DNA of 64,000 nt from Phoronis australis. Taxonomy: Eukaryota > Animalia > Phoronida. The translations under genes and the position numbers were made by a program. Below are positions 34,714 through 48,200 of the stretch, piece after piece. Each line of letters opens with the position of its first letter. The stretch's first letter is position 1. The stretch is from assembly GCA_002633005.1 (NCBI GenBank), contig NMRA01000133.1, positions 750,809-814,808 of the forward strand, written 5' to 3'. The notes under the pieces were generated by a model. It was not told where the DNA came from, ran no database searches, and saw nothing but the letters and a program-made list of their open reading frames with translations.

Positions 34714-36804
34714 GCAGTAGAAAATGCATACATTCTAGGATGAGATTCTTTGTTGCTTTAATGTCTTAGTGTTTGATAATTGACAATTGGTTGCAATAAT
34801 TGGGTACTAAATAAAGAAAATATTTACAATGTTTTGTCCCCTTTTAACTTGTTGAAATTGCTTCTCAAAATATGTCATTGCAACAGCAATATCACTGTGG
34901 TAACACAATTGTAATGATTAGACCTGTATATAAATGCATATGTTCTTATACATTATTCATATGCACATAAGGAGATTTGTTGAATGCTTTGTACTTTAAA
35001 ACAATTATGTCAGTCTGCTGTCAGTAAGTATAAAGAGGCAAGGGCATCAACCCTCAAACAGATCTCATCATGAACCAAGAAGGGAAAACATTTCTCACAT
35101 TTTGGTTGAGAAATCACTGGCTTTATTGAAATTACACCTGGGTGCAAGACCAATACAACCCCAGATTTTCATGCCTTCAAAGGTTACCAATAAAAGTTGC
35201 GTTTCATCCTGTTTAGTTGGGTCAAAACCAATGTCGAGTTGGACATGTCTCATTAAACCAGTAACCTAATAGTCTGATAGGATTATATTCTCGTTACCAA
35301 CAAGAAAATATAAATCATCCGAGATTAGAAAACGCTTCTGACTGTGGGCCCACTTTAAAACTGCGAATTCGAAAATGACGCATATTACCATTGGCTATGA
35401 CTAGTCGACTCATTCGGCAATAATTTTAACTGGTGAACTGGTAATTTTTTAAACCACAAAACGCTTCCGTCAAGAAATTAAAATTGAGAATACAAAGGGG
35501 GCAAAATGCAGCTTTTAAGTTCCTGTAACCCCAGTAGAGTTCAGTAACGCTAGGGCCTCGCTAAAAAGCACGACTTCGCGAGATTACCTGAGATATTGCT
35601 GTATATTTTGAATGAGAACAAGTGATTTTGGTCCAAGCTTTACTGAACTCTACCCCGCCTTCCCTCGTAGAAACTGACACTTCGGTCAAAACCCATCGCC
35701 CTAGAAATCTCGACTTTTTGATCCCTTAATTATGGGGTTGAAATGTCTGATAGGAACGTGTTGCCGCGGAAAGTGGCCATGTACCCGCTGCAAAAGCCAG
35801 AACTTCGGTAAGTGGCTGTAGAATTCGGTGAGTTCCAAATTCAGTAAGTGCGTCGTAGTCGGTAACTACGGCGCTGCTGGTACAGACACTGGGTGAATGA
35901 ACTGTGTAGTGGAAAGTTGAGCGTCCGCGCTGTATGATTTACGGCCATGAACTTTTTGTGGGGCACCTTTGGTGTCTGGGATCTGATCGTGGATCATACT
36001 ATTGGCGGTGATGACGGCCTCCCCAATTTTACTGCACACTTGCGATGAAGTAATTGGATTACTCGGAACGGTGGTATACAGCTTCTTGGCCCAGTGTCTA
36101 ATCTCTGCACTCTAAACCCGGGTCCAAAATTATCCAACTACATGGAAAGCTTGGAATAAAATTTCCCAAATTTGTAGACCTACTCTAACCACGCGGCGAT
36201 TCTGAGAGCAGAGACTAGATAGTAAGACCGAAGAATACTCGTAACTTTCCACTTCTATGCGGATCGCCAGACTGATACGTTTCAGGTGTTCCACACTCCT
36301 ACACGACACCAAAATTTGTTGAGAAAATAGCGAGGATCTTATATCAAAGTAGTTCGTGGGAAAAGACGAAAACAACGAAAATGCTTAGTCTAACTCATTA
36401 ATTTCACTTCAAATGTTACGTGCTACAAATAGACCTGCGTGAGCGAAAACCGAGAACCGAAACCCGACATATTGAACACACATAGCACAACCAATAAGCA
36501 ATCCATTTAAAGCGAGGAAACTCGAAAAGGTAACCCGTTTGTAGTGTTTTGTTCAGCACCTGTTTGCAGGGGGGTTATTTCATACACCTAACCCTTTCGT
36601 ATACACTCTTGCTCAGACGCCTTTTCAGCTAGCTAGTCCTGAAATAGTTCAAGAAGAAACTTATGGCGTGCATCAAAATGAGTACATTTTTGCAACGAAA
36701 GTTTTAAACGTAAATGTTAAAAACGGATAATCGAACTGCCAAAGTTTTAAAGGGTAACAAATCGGAAAATGCACGCTTTCTTAGGGAAATTCATTCACCC
36801 ATCA

Positions 36805-37720
36805 CAGTGGCGGATCTAGGATATCACAAGGGGGGGGGCCCAACTTTTTGTCCGGCTGTAAACATTTGCGCAAACTGAACCACGATTGTAGATGCGCATA
36901 GCACNNNNNNNNNNNNNNNNNNNNNNNNNNNNNNNNNNNNNNNNNNNNNNNNNNNNNNNNNNNNNNNNNNNNNNNNNNNNNNNNNNNNNNNNNNNNNNNN
37001 NNNNNNNNNNNNNNNNNNNNNNNNNNNNNNNNNNNNNNNNNNNNNNNNNNNNNNNNNNNNNNNNNNNNNNNNNNNNNNNNNNNNNNNNNNNNNNNNNNNN
37101 NNNNNNNNNNNNNNNNNNNNNNNNNNNNNNNNNNNNNNNNNNNNNNNNNNNNNNNNNNNNNNNNNNNNNNNNNNNNNNNNNNNNNNNNNNNNNNNNNNNN
37201 NNNNNNNNNNNNNNNNNNNNNNNNNNNNNNNNNNNNNNNNNNNNNNNNNNNNNNNNNNNNNNNNNNNNNNNNNNNNNNNNNNNNNNNNNNNNNNNNNNNN
37301 NNNNNNNNNNNNNNNNNNNNNNNNNNNNNNNNNNNNNNNNNNNNNNNNNNNNNNNNNNNNNNNNNNNNNNNNNNNNNNNNNNNNNNNNNNNNNNNNNNNN
37401 NNNNNNNNNNNNNNNNNNNNNNNNNNNNNNNNNNNNNNNNNNNNNNNNNNNNNNNNNNNNNNNNNNNNNNNNNNNNNNNNNNNNNNNNNNNNNNNNNNNN
37501 NNNNNNNNNNNNNNNNNNNNNNNNNNNNNNNNNNNNNNNNNNNNNNNNNNNNNNNNNNNNNNNNNNNNNNNNNNNNNNNNNNNNNNNNNNNNNNNNNNNN
37601 NNNNNNNNNNNNNNNNNNNNNNNNNNNNNNNNNNNNNNNNNNNNNNNNNNNNNNNNNNNNNNNNNNNNNNNNGGGGGGGGGGCCCGGGCCCCCTGGGCCC
37701 CCCCCCTAAATCCGCCTATG
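36805..37720. mobile_element. hAT-like MITE with 5-bp TSD (spans an assembly gap)
   Basis: CAGTGGCGGATCTAGG ... CCTAAATCCGCCTATG, with CATCA at 36800-36804 and 37721-37725. A related end lies at ~46089. Confidence 0.7.
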
Positions 37721-40369
37721 CATCAAAGCGTGTCCTGTATATCGCTTACATGACAGGACAATTGTCACTAGGGTTTGTTCAGTTCCCAATCATGCCACGT
37801 TCTTGAGAACGTAGTTAGAACTACCATTAGCACATACTCGACTACCTCGCTTTTCGCGGGACTTTTTCAATTTTTGAACCGCCTACCGACACCATAGAAA
37901 TGTCACATTTTTTGACACACGGGAAAATTGACTCCGGTAATATTACATTGTTAACACGTATATGATTTACTACGAGATTCACCCCTTTTTTCCGCTCGAT
38001 TAAAACAAAAGATCGGTACGCTGTAAGTGCGCTTTTGGATGTCGCGACACCCGTATTGTTCGTCTATAAAGTACAAACAAAACAAAAAACGCTGTTGTTG
38101 CGTTTTCTGTTTTTTGGGGGGGAACATTTTACCGTATCGTTTTGGCATAGACCCAGGTTCCCACCCTTATTTCCAGATGTACCGGTTTTTCAACCCACGT
38201 GTCCTGTTTTTCAACCAAGGTGTCCCGGTAACGCTGGCTTCTATGCTGCTGGTGTGACAGGAACCTAAGAACTTGGCCCAAAACAACACGGATTGCTGAT
38301 AGGATTTATAGCGTTTGAAGACTTAAGAGCGAAAAATACGGCCACACTCCATGGAGCCTGCAATTTTTGAAAGCTGTGATTTTTTTGCCCAAGACAAAAG
38401 GGACCTGGGGCTATATTCAGCGTGGCAGCTGTAACATGCCGGAGGAAACGTGGAGGTGAGAAACTAATCATAAACTCGAAAATTTCAATAAGATATAAGA
38501 ATGATACTTTTTAATGAGAACACTACTTGTGGGTTGCTGGAGTAGCAATACATTCTTAAGCCCGTAAAATGACCCTGGAACTCTTTACTAAACGCCAAGG
38601 AATGTATCCCGGGTCGTTTACACCGATGCTAGGGGTCTACATTAATGCCACAATTTCAAACTGGTGAAAAAAATCCGTCGTCGTAGAAAACATTTCCTTG
38701 CACAAAAATAATTAGGGGGAGCTCTCTGTGTTTTACTTCGTGTAATTATTTCCAACAGAGCCCACTTAAAAATCTGTGTATACACTCAAGTGGTCACCCA
38801 GTATTTTAAAGACTGAAGTTTAAATAAATAAATTCAGCAAAACTGACACTATACTTTAAACCCGCTGGGCTGTCTACGACTTTGATTTTTCACCCCAAAG
38901 ACGGCGACTTGGAAAGTTGACAAATGCTCTCCTGGTCGTCTCGCATTTGTCTAGTAAATCATCTGACTTGCAGCACAACGCCGCTTCCTCGGTACTGTCT
39001 TTGCCCCTGCCAAATGAGTCTCCTTATCGAGCCTACTTCTCTTAGCATGTAATAAAATAGATCACCTTTCACGGGTAGAGTGTCATCTTATTTCACTCAC
39101 TGCCTGTGACATGTTTAACTTGTCGCGTATCTGTTGCAAAACGTAAGCCCCAAGGGGATTTCACAATGTTCACATAAAGTGAGATCAGGAAGGCAGTATT
39201 GAACCTGTGCTGTCTGTCAAAAAGCCAACTATTGCCTATGACACTTACCTTTTGAAAAATGTTGATGTTTATTTAGTTTAGAAGTGATTTCTGAGCTTGA
39301 GAAGACCTGTCACTTCGCCATTTCAATTCTTCAGATCAGACTCGTAAATTTTCAGGTCACGTCGTGACCTCACTTCGTCTGAATCGATCACCTTGATCTC
39401 GAATGGAGTGTCTGTTCTTCCTGAACCCTGAAATCCCTTCTCATCATCAGTACGCCAATTCGTCACTACTGGCTGCTTTAAAGTTGGACTTATTCCGTGA
39501 AAAACGACCGGGTCTTTCTCAGCGGGCGGACTCTTATAGGGCCATTTTCACGGGGTCACGGAGGAAGCCACCATGCAATGCATTGCTTATGTTAGCGGAT
39601 TTATATCAACCTCAGCACTATTTAATGTAGCTAACTAACTAGGAATTATTTGGTGTCTTTAAGTACAAGTTTTCCCGGACTTGGTGATTAGTTGTGGACT
39701 CGGAACTGGCCATATAGGAACGTTTAGGACAACGCAAGGGCTGCTCGATGATCAGTGCAGTCTTTAGAGTTTGGTAGTTAGTCAGTTGCACCAATTCAAA
39801 CGTTACTAGGGACCATGAATTTCCCTGGGAACTCGCTAGGTTATCACACCAGTTTACCGGAATGTAGGGGGCAGTTAAGATTTAGCTCTATAACTACAAG
39901 AACCCCGTGACTGAGTTCGGTTTGTCAAGCCAACTGAAACTGAGAGTCATCCGCCCGGAATTCTTGATAGTCAGTTTCCAGCATTCTGACACATAATAAA
40001 CGCACAGGTCTTGATTTTAGTTGTCCAGAGCCAACAGGATGAAAGTTGAAATGTGTCGCTCAATTATAAGCCTGGAACTGTTGTAAGTAGGGGACGATAA
40101 CTCCATACATACCCAGTAACCCCGCACTGCCCAGTGACTCAAATTCTCAAATATTTTCATCGCCGCTGTTCTTGTTTACGCACCCTAGTGTCGAACAATT
40201 GAACTATTGAGCTTACAAAACAACTTTTCCGTAAGGAAAATAGACGATATTATATTGACCTTAAATTGAACTCCCACTACATGTTTCATTACACCGAGGC
40301 CATCAAGTTAGTCTAAATAATTTGTTTAAAACCTGAGACCCAAAACCTGGAGCCCTTTGGAGGACTAAT

Positions 40370-40455
40370 CACGTGACATCAAATGATCGTTATTCATATC
40401 CCATAATGCGCTGCCCGTTGTGTGGCATAGAATATGGCGGACATTTAGGTGAGAT
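40370..40455 (+). promoter_or_regulatory. Probable promoter and first non-coding exon of the MGA-like gene
   Basis: TCACGTGA E-box (~40369), YY1-like AATATGGCGG (~40431), donor-like AG|GTGAGA at 40448/9, and locally raised CpG. Confidence 0.4.
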
Positions 40456-42960
40456 TACAAGCATGTTTTTCATCTTATTCTCCCAGGTTTCTTACTTTTC
40501 CGAGATTTACTTACTCATTTTGTATCATTCGTCACCCAATACAAATACTAGAAAACACCAAATATCACAGAATATAATGTAATAGGAGTAATTATGCGGA
40601 CGAATATAATACGCCATAACTTCGACGGTGCGGAGCACGTGGTACACTCTTGGGAGTTGTTTTGTAGCTGGCGTTGATTTTCCAAATGTTGCACATAGCT
40701 GTTGCTTTAAAATGATATTGATTTGTCGCTGTACATGGCCAGTTCATTCATGTGACACTTTAGATGCGTAGACAAGCTTAATTCAGCCAATTTTGCAAAA
40801 CGAAAATTCGTACTATAAGAGGTTTGTTTTACATGCACAGTTGTGAAAATTTCTACAAACAAAACATTCTTTAGTGGATCTTAGTTCATGAATTTAGAAG
40901 GTGGCTGTATACAATGACAGTTTATTCTTTATTAAACCTGTTTAAAATTTATCCTTCATCATGCGTGCACCCAGCCTTCAGATATGGGGGCTTGAATTCC
41001 TGACGTTGTAGATATTTTGCTAACAAACGAACAGGCGGACTAAAAAAATGGGAGCACCACTGTGAAATGCTCTTATTTAGTGGATTTCTGTCCCATTTTC
41101 ACGGACTTTTTGTCTTTGAAGGGCAGACCTTTTTGCCCACTTTGCCAAATGGGTGTGTGCATGTTCATGAACTTTAACACTGGTGTTTCTGTTGCTGAGT
41201 GCATGGACACTCACCGGCTGTTATTGAAATTAATTCAGCTAATTGTGAAACAGTATGCGTAAAATTTTATTGGTTAGGGTGACCTCTCGGAGTAGCAATC
41301 CACCTTGAAATTCTGACAACATACTAGCTGCAGCACATGCACTTGAGAATGGATGCTTGAGAAGTATTTCAATTAATTTCACCACCTTTTGTGTCAGTTG
41401 TATTTATTGCCTGCACCACATCTGCCAAACTAGTTGATTTGATGAAATTAAGGAAAGTTCTATGTTCTTGATAAGAACTAAATGTTGAGCCATCCAGTCT
41501 TTGTTGCTACCAAACCCTGTGAAAATCTTGGTACGTAGCACATGGGTTTTACGGTACTAACCCTATGAATTTTGGTTTGAACCGGATGAACGCTTTGCTT
41601 CCTAGTCATAATTTTTTTTGGCATTTACAGCTTTGTATTAGTTTAGGTAAGATGTGAGCAGACAAAAGTGTGACCGAAAATTACTGTCACATTTAAATCT
41701 ACACTCTTCCTATAGAAAACTTAAGTGTGCTAAGTATTTGTTGTTCTGTTATCTGCTGCTAAATTTTTGGTAAAAGTCCCATGTTTTGTAGTGAATTTTC
41801 ACCATCTTTTGTCATTAATTTATTATTTAAATTCTCAACTTGTTTTAATTATATTTGTTACACGTATTTAATTATTGTTTTACTACTTTATTGTATTATA
41901 TTACTTTATCCCATACATTTGAAAATACGGATGTTGTATACATACGTCACGTTAACAACTGTGAAATATGGGAAAGTAGAAGCAATCCGTATACCACGGT
42001 ACAGGCCGTATTCAATGGTAGACGCCATATTTCATGGTTGGTGTGCAGTCTTCTGATGGAGTAAATTCACTTGTACAATGCCAAATTTGATTGGGCTTAA
42101 TCATTTAGGTTACCTAAAACATTGATGCAAGCTGTCGTTACTGAAAAGCCAGTTTTGCTGCTCTAAAAACATAAACGATTTATGGATGAAAATTCCAACG
42201 CATCACGGTGATCAGGTGGCTATGTTTATGCCTCGCTTGTTTCAGTCTATGTCATCATAAAAAGGTCAAACTAAACAGCATCCCTAGGAACAAAATTAGT
42301 CAAAATCTAACTCAAATCTTACGAAAACATTTTGTTATGGATGCATACAGTATATGTACAATGACTACTAACATATTTACAGGAAATTGTGACCTAAAAT
42401 GGAGTATGAGTTCTTTATTGACACAATTGCCTGCTGGTAGCGTTCCCATGACAGCGTTCTGTTGTTCAGCACCTTTTCCAGATGTTAGGGGTTCTGGCTC
42501 CTTTGTTATCTGCCCAGCACAATCGTTTGTCCCCTATGACCACAAGCAGGTCAATTATCTCCCAGGCTTCAAAGGGTTACTGAAACCTGGCAGAATGGAT
42601 TGTCTTAACTTCTGTTGTAGTTGGGCGATTTTGGTGATTCAAAAACTAAACATGATCAGCATTTAACAAGGAATTCAGAAACGCTATTGGTTTATTTTCA
42701 AATACGTTATAACTTAACTTTCATTTTTAGCAGCACAGCCCAGTCAGGCTAGATACGATCTGATCGGAGATCAGAGCAGTTATCAAACGAAAGAGAGCCG
42801 GCCCTCCAACCATAAATAACAGAATAGAGTGAATCAGTAGTGTAAGATATTGGCTACAGGGGTAAACTTCCCAACTTGCTGTTGGGCTATATAATCTAAA
42901 AAGTTGGGAGCAACAGCAAAACGCTGTAAGGCTCAGTCAACTATCGCATCTTTCGCTGTG

Positions 42961-43930
42961 ATGGCAACATTTGACCTTCAATTCGACATGGACTTTGATG
43001 AATCTTGCCAGGATGAGAACAAAAAAGCAGATATGATCCAGCTGTGATAGACGAGGATGTTATGGATTATGTTGTTTCTAAGAAAAATGCAAATACGGAA
43101 AAAAACGAGAGTGTTGTGGCAACATTCCATATATGGAGAGATACCAGAAGCAAAGACATTAGGAATGAAGACATTGTAGAAATGGATCTCGACTCTCTTC
43201 TGAGAAGTTTCTAACTCGAAGTGAAAAAATTAGATGGCAGGGAATAAGAGCCCAACACACTGACCTGAATTCAGAGATCGTTCGATCGACATCTAAAAGA
43301 AAAGAGAAAGAAATTCTCCGTAATTGCTGATACGCAGTTTGGCTCATCGCGCAAAGTCCTCACAGTGAAACTAAAAGAGCTTGTAAAGGAATCGGCCCAA
43401 GAAAAGCAGAAGTGCTTAGCCACATGGAGGAAAATACCCTAAAGGAGGTTGAGATCCTGGGAACCGATCACCCACGTGCCTTCCTAAATTAAATCTGGGT
43501 AAACAACACTAACATGTTTGGCTTTCGGGGTTGCGATAAGAACAGAGTTGAGGGGGGTGACATCGTACTTAAATCGTCTACAGACACCAACGAATACTTG
43601 GAGTGAAAGGACAACAAAAACATGAAAAGACGGAGTCACGTGAGACCGTTCAATCCCAAGATTTTAACCACTCTAGGGGATCTGCAAAACTGCTCATTGA
43701 AGCCTACAAAAAATATTAGCGAAACAGGCCTGCGAAAATGAGTGATGACGCACCATTTTATATTCGTCCCAACTGGAAGGAAGTCTGGTCTTTGGTTTGC
43801 CGTGCAAAACTGTATGTCAACGCCTCATGAAATCAGGAATATCACCAAATAATATCATACATTGTCAACAAACTGGCCATAAGAACCTCCTTTCCTTAAA
43901 CAACTACTCCAGTGCAGATAGACTGTTGTA
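42961..43930 (+). pseudogene. Decayed Crypton-type tyrosine recombinase (DUF3504 / KCTD1-QRICH1-ZMYM-like) in an MGA intron
   Basis: Fragments MATFDLQFD.., RKVLTVKLKEL, EILGTDHPRAFLN*IWVNNTNMFGFRG, GDIVLKSSTDTNEYLE, VRPFNPKI, RPAKMSDDAPFYI, and box-II-like QTGHKNLLSLNNYS, with many stops and frameshifts. Confidence 0.7.
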
Positions 43931-43950
43931 GAGCAAACGAAAACAAAGAT

Positions 43951-44188
43951 GGCATTAGCTCACAACAAATCAACGGACACAATCTCCTCTACAGCCATAC
44001 TGACAGCCCGAGCATTAGCTCACAGCAAATCAACTGACACAATCTCCTCTACAGCCATACTGACAGCCCGAGCATTAGCTCACAGCAAATCAACTGACAC
44101 AATCTCCTCTACAGCCATACTGACAGCCCGAGCATTAGCTCACAGCAAATCAACTGACACAATCTCCTCTACAGCCACGACAGCCCGG
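43951..44188 (+). repeat. 60-bp tandem repeat x4
   Basis: gcattagctcacagcaaatcaactgacacaatctcctctacagccatactgacagcccga. Confidence 0.95.
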
Positions 44189-45252
44189 CCAGTTGAAAGT
44201 AGATCACATCATACTGACCTTACCTCAAGCTTCGCGAGACAGCCACCTAACCATACTCAGTTTCCATCTCTTCCAGTGCTGTGATCAACGGCGGAAATAT
44301 TTCCATCAGTATTTCCATTCCTGACCCCGAAAACTAAAAAAGTATTGATGAGGACCCACAACTGGACGACACTGCTTAGTTCACAAATGTTTCAAATTCT
44401 GTTCCCAGATGGATTGTTTAGAATTCCGTAAATTTTATGAAATACTTCATTGTTTGAAATTGTATATTTCACAAACTGAAATTTCTGTTCAATATATTCT
44501 GAAATAAAACATTACAAATTATTCAACATCACTGACTTAATTGTAAAAACCTTGGCGCTTAACCGGCGTTGGTACGCTTAGCATATATATTGCGTCATAT
44601 AATAACAAGCCAAAGCACGTGGCAACAAAATAACGGCGCAATACAGCTGAGTTCATGGATATTTGGGATAAATTGGCATTGGGACATTCCTAGATCTACG
44701 GAATTCTCGATAGGATATGGGGGTAGTATTCCTTTGTATATGGGATAATCTGTAATTTTGTTGTTGAGGACCCTCTTGGAAAGCATTGCCGTCACTGAAG
44801 AGGCCACCCTCAATTTTAATATAGCAGTAAATAAAGTAAAGAATGTGACAGTTGAATTGTACTCAAAAAACTGTTTTCAGAAATCTGTGATATGGAAATC
44901 ATTTCTATTCCAGTGTTCTCCACAACCCGTTTTGACTTGTCAATGTATCTAGCTTTAATTTTGCCATGCCAAGATTTGCTTTCTTGCATCGAGTTTGAAA
45001 ACCCATGAAACTAGTAAAGTTTTGGGAGATGAGGACATTTTGGCCTTTTGGTTCCAGTTCTGTGCATTATTCCAAGACTTAACACACAAACTCCCCACAG
45101 TGTGGACATGGGTTTTCAAACACGTAAATGAATTTTGTAATTTTGGTGAAGTTCGAATTTTCTGGTGTGGAGAGCACAATATTCTTAATTGATGTTTTTG
45201 CTTTTTTGCAGTCGACCTTTCAAATCAAATGATTGGTTACCTGTGACATAGA

Positions 45253-48200
45253 ATGGCAAACCGTGAAGCAAACGGAAAGAGCAGTCGAGCCTTTTCTGAG
45301 GTATTGTTTTTAAGACATTTAACCTAATTGATTTGAGTATCACGATGGTTTCATTTGTGTTCCACTTATTAGTAGTGTTGTTTGGATAGAGAAGTAAACA
45401 GGTGAAAACTTAATTAAAAGGTCAGTGCCGTGCCAGAAACGAAGATAAAACTCCTTGAAACAAGAATGAAATGAGTATGCGGTGGATATGTGTTGATGGA
45501 AATGGTTATTGAACTCCAACAGCCAATTTCACAAAGGGGATTTAACAAAACCTAATTTTAGTCCTGACTTGCATTTCACCAACATGGTTTAAGAGTCTGA
45601 AAGCCTGGTTTTGCTAGACCAGGGAGCTGGTTCAGTAAAACCAGGTTTGAGGTATTAAAGGCACCCCACTGTGCCGAGCAGGGTAAACCCAACAAAGAAA
45701 CTATTGAAGTGCTTCAAGGAAACCTTGATCATTTGGGTATACAATGGCACACAGTAGTAGAATCAGTGCAGAGAGTTACGAAAAAGGTCTAAACACTTTT
45801 CTCATGAGGAAAAATTTAATTTCTGTGCCCAACACACACACACTAAAGAACATGCTCACGATTAGATGTAACATAATAAATGCCCAAATTTAATTCCATA
45901 TCATTTTAGTGTTTATTTTTCGCGGCCAAAGGATGGGGCAAGACCCCTTCCCGGCAGCATTAAACCGGACAACAGTGGAGGTGGAACTCCGAATCAGGAG
46001 ATGCTGTCTTATGTCAAATCCGTAGCGCTTACGACGATGACGCCCTGCTCGAATCCGCAGGACACACTCCAGCACGTACTGGTCTACGCATAGGCGGATC
46101 CAGGGGTCAAGGGGTCCGGAGCCACCTTTTTTCCATTGATTTTAGTGATATCAAATCTATAATTTTCAAATTGTTGACTTGGTCCCCCCTTTCAAAAAGT
46201 CCTTGACCTAAACTGGAGTTAAACCAGGTTTTACTAGACCATTGGTCTTAAAGTTAAACCACCCGTTTATGAAATGCAGATTATCTTTAAACCTGGTCTA
46301 AGTCCAGTTTAAACCAGGTTTAACTTTAAACCACCTTTATGAAATTGGCTGCATATGCCTAAAGTTGTGTGGTGTAAAACCCGATTGAAATGCAGGAACA
46401 TGTAAGCGCATTGATGACCCACCATGTTTGTCACACAAAAATTTGTTCCGAACGAACTCATACAAATAGTTTTACAGTGCTTTTGAGGTGCTTGCAATGT
46501 AGATCAAGGATACAAGGAGATCTAGTGAGGATAGGTTCCCATCACTGATATAAAGTATGTATCAGAGTTAAAATAATGAGCTGAATGTAAAACTGGACAA
46601 TACCAGCAGAAAATTAAAGAAATAAACTGATATTCATCATGTTTCACAAATACATTATACTTACCATGTGTCAATGATGCATATAATATGTGGGTGACAT
46701 TGAACTTCAGTTACGGACATGTGGCCTCGTCAATAACCTAGGGCCTGATCACAAGGTCATGAGCAGACACCATACGTGTGGTCACACTGGGTGTTGGTAA
46801 TTGCTCCCACCATATTTGGTCTGTAAAAATCTGTTACTCAACTGGAGCACACAGTTTAACCATCGAACATAAATTAGTGTACAATGCAAATCAATTGCTA
46901 AAATCTACACTACCCAGTCATGTGTGAATGAAGCTTGATGTGTTTGTTAGCTGGCATCATCTGCTAATGGTCTCGTAGGCTTCATACGATGGATATACCT
47001 CTGTGTGCAGCGGTCCGTTTGCTTCCTGACGACCAGTTTTGAGGAAGCCGAAGTAACGGTTTCGATGAAGTGTGATAAAAAACATCGTCATTATTGGATT
47101 TGTGCTTGTGAGACCATCACAACTACGGTGGCTGTGTCCTAACTTCGTTTGTCGGAACTATCCATTTTTGGATGTATTGGTGTTGACACATACATTAATA
47201 TCCACAAGAACATCATAATCATCAGCAACTCAACAAAGTGTTTCAAAGTTTATTGTGGTTAGTGAACCCTGAAGTTGATGATTTCAAAGTGCCACATACA
47301 GTCATGTACGCATTGCTTGTGTCTTGAGTTGCCAGCATTTTCAACAATAATTCAAGATCGAATATCGGCATGGCGATGCTCTTAGATCTCAAAGGGCTTT
47401 GGTGATGAATTCACCATTGACAGCTAAATGGGTGGAATACTGCTTTGATTTATGTAAGCTTTTGTTTTATTTCAAGGGCCTGATGGCAGGAAATTCAAAC
47501 TCAGCAGCAATTGCTACAGACAAAACCTTTTGTCAACTTAGTTTCAAAGATAAAGCTCGAGATATGTTTGCCAAGGCTTTAAATGCAAAGGTAAGCTTTG
47601 TGCATATATATTATTATTTAGCCTCAAACCCAGACTCTTTTGGCAGTAGAGTCTGGCGAACATCTCGAAAACGCGGCTAATTTGTATGTGAATTTTACCA
47701 CTTCAATTTGTCACGTATTTGTCCCATTTCCTGCGATGTATCCGAGCCAGATAAATGTAATTGCTTCTCAATTAAATTAATTGCATGCTGCGCCTTTTTT
47801 GGATCATCACTACGGGATATGAAAATTGGGTGTACAATTGCACTGTAACTAACACAAGGTACAGACCTCAAGAGGCAGGTTAGTAATTGGCATGGAGATC
47901 ACATCTGTTATCTTATTCTGCATTTATCATCAGTATTATTGTGTAAGCTATGGCTTTTAAGGTTGTAAAGACATGGTTTTTATGCACCCACATAATTATA
48001 TGTGGACACATTATGCTGTCATCTCCGTCTGTCCGGCGTCCGCGGTTCTAGCTCCAAGACGCCTTGATGTATGTTCATGAATTTTGTACATGTGTTCTTT
48101 CTTTGGATGGGAAGGCATGAGTGAACTTTTGGACAGATCTGACTACTGGTGTGCCCCCTAGTGACAATTTTAGTTTTTTACATTTACCTCTCTATCTTCA

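Noticed and set aside
40434-40448. ATG GCG GAC ATT TAG as the MGA start codon
   Set aside because: It stops after 4 codons; it is better read as a YY1 motif or uORF.
43949-44284. 111-aa repeat protein
   Set aside because: The ORF is created by a 60-bp tandem repeat in the tail of the decayed Crypton-like gene.
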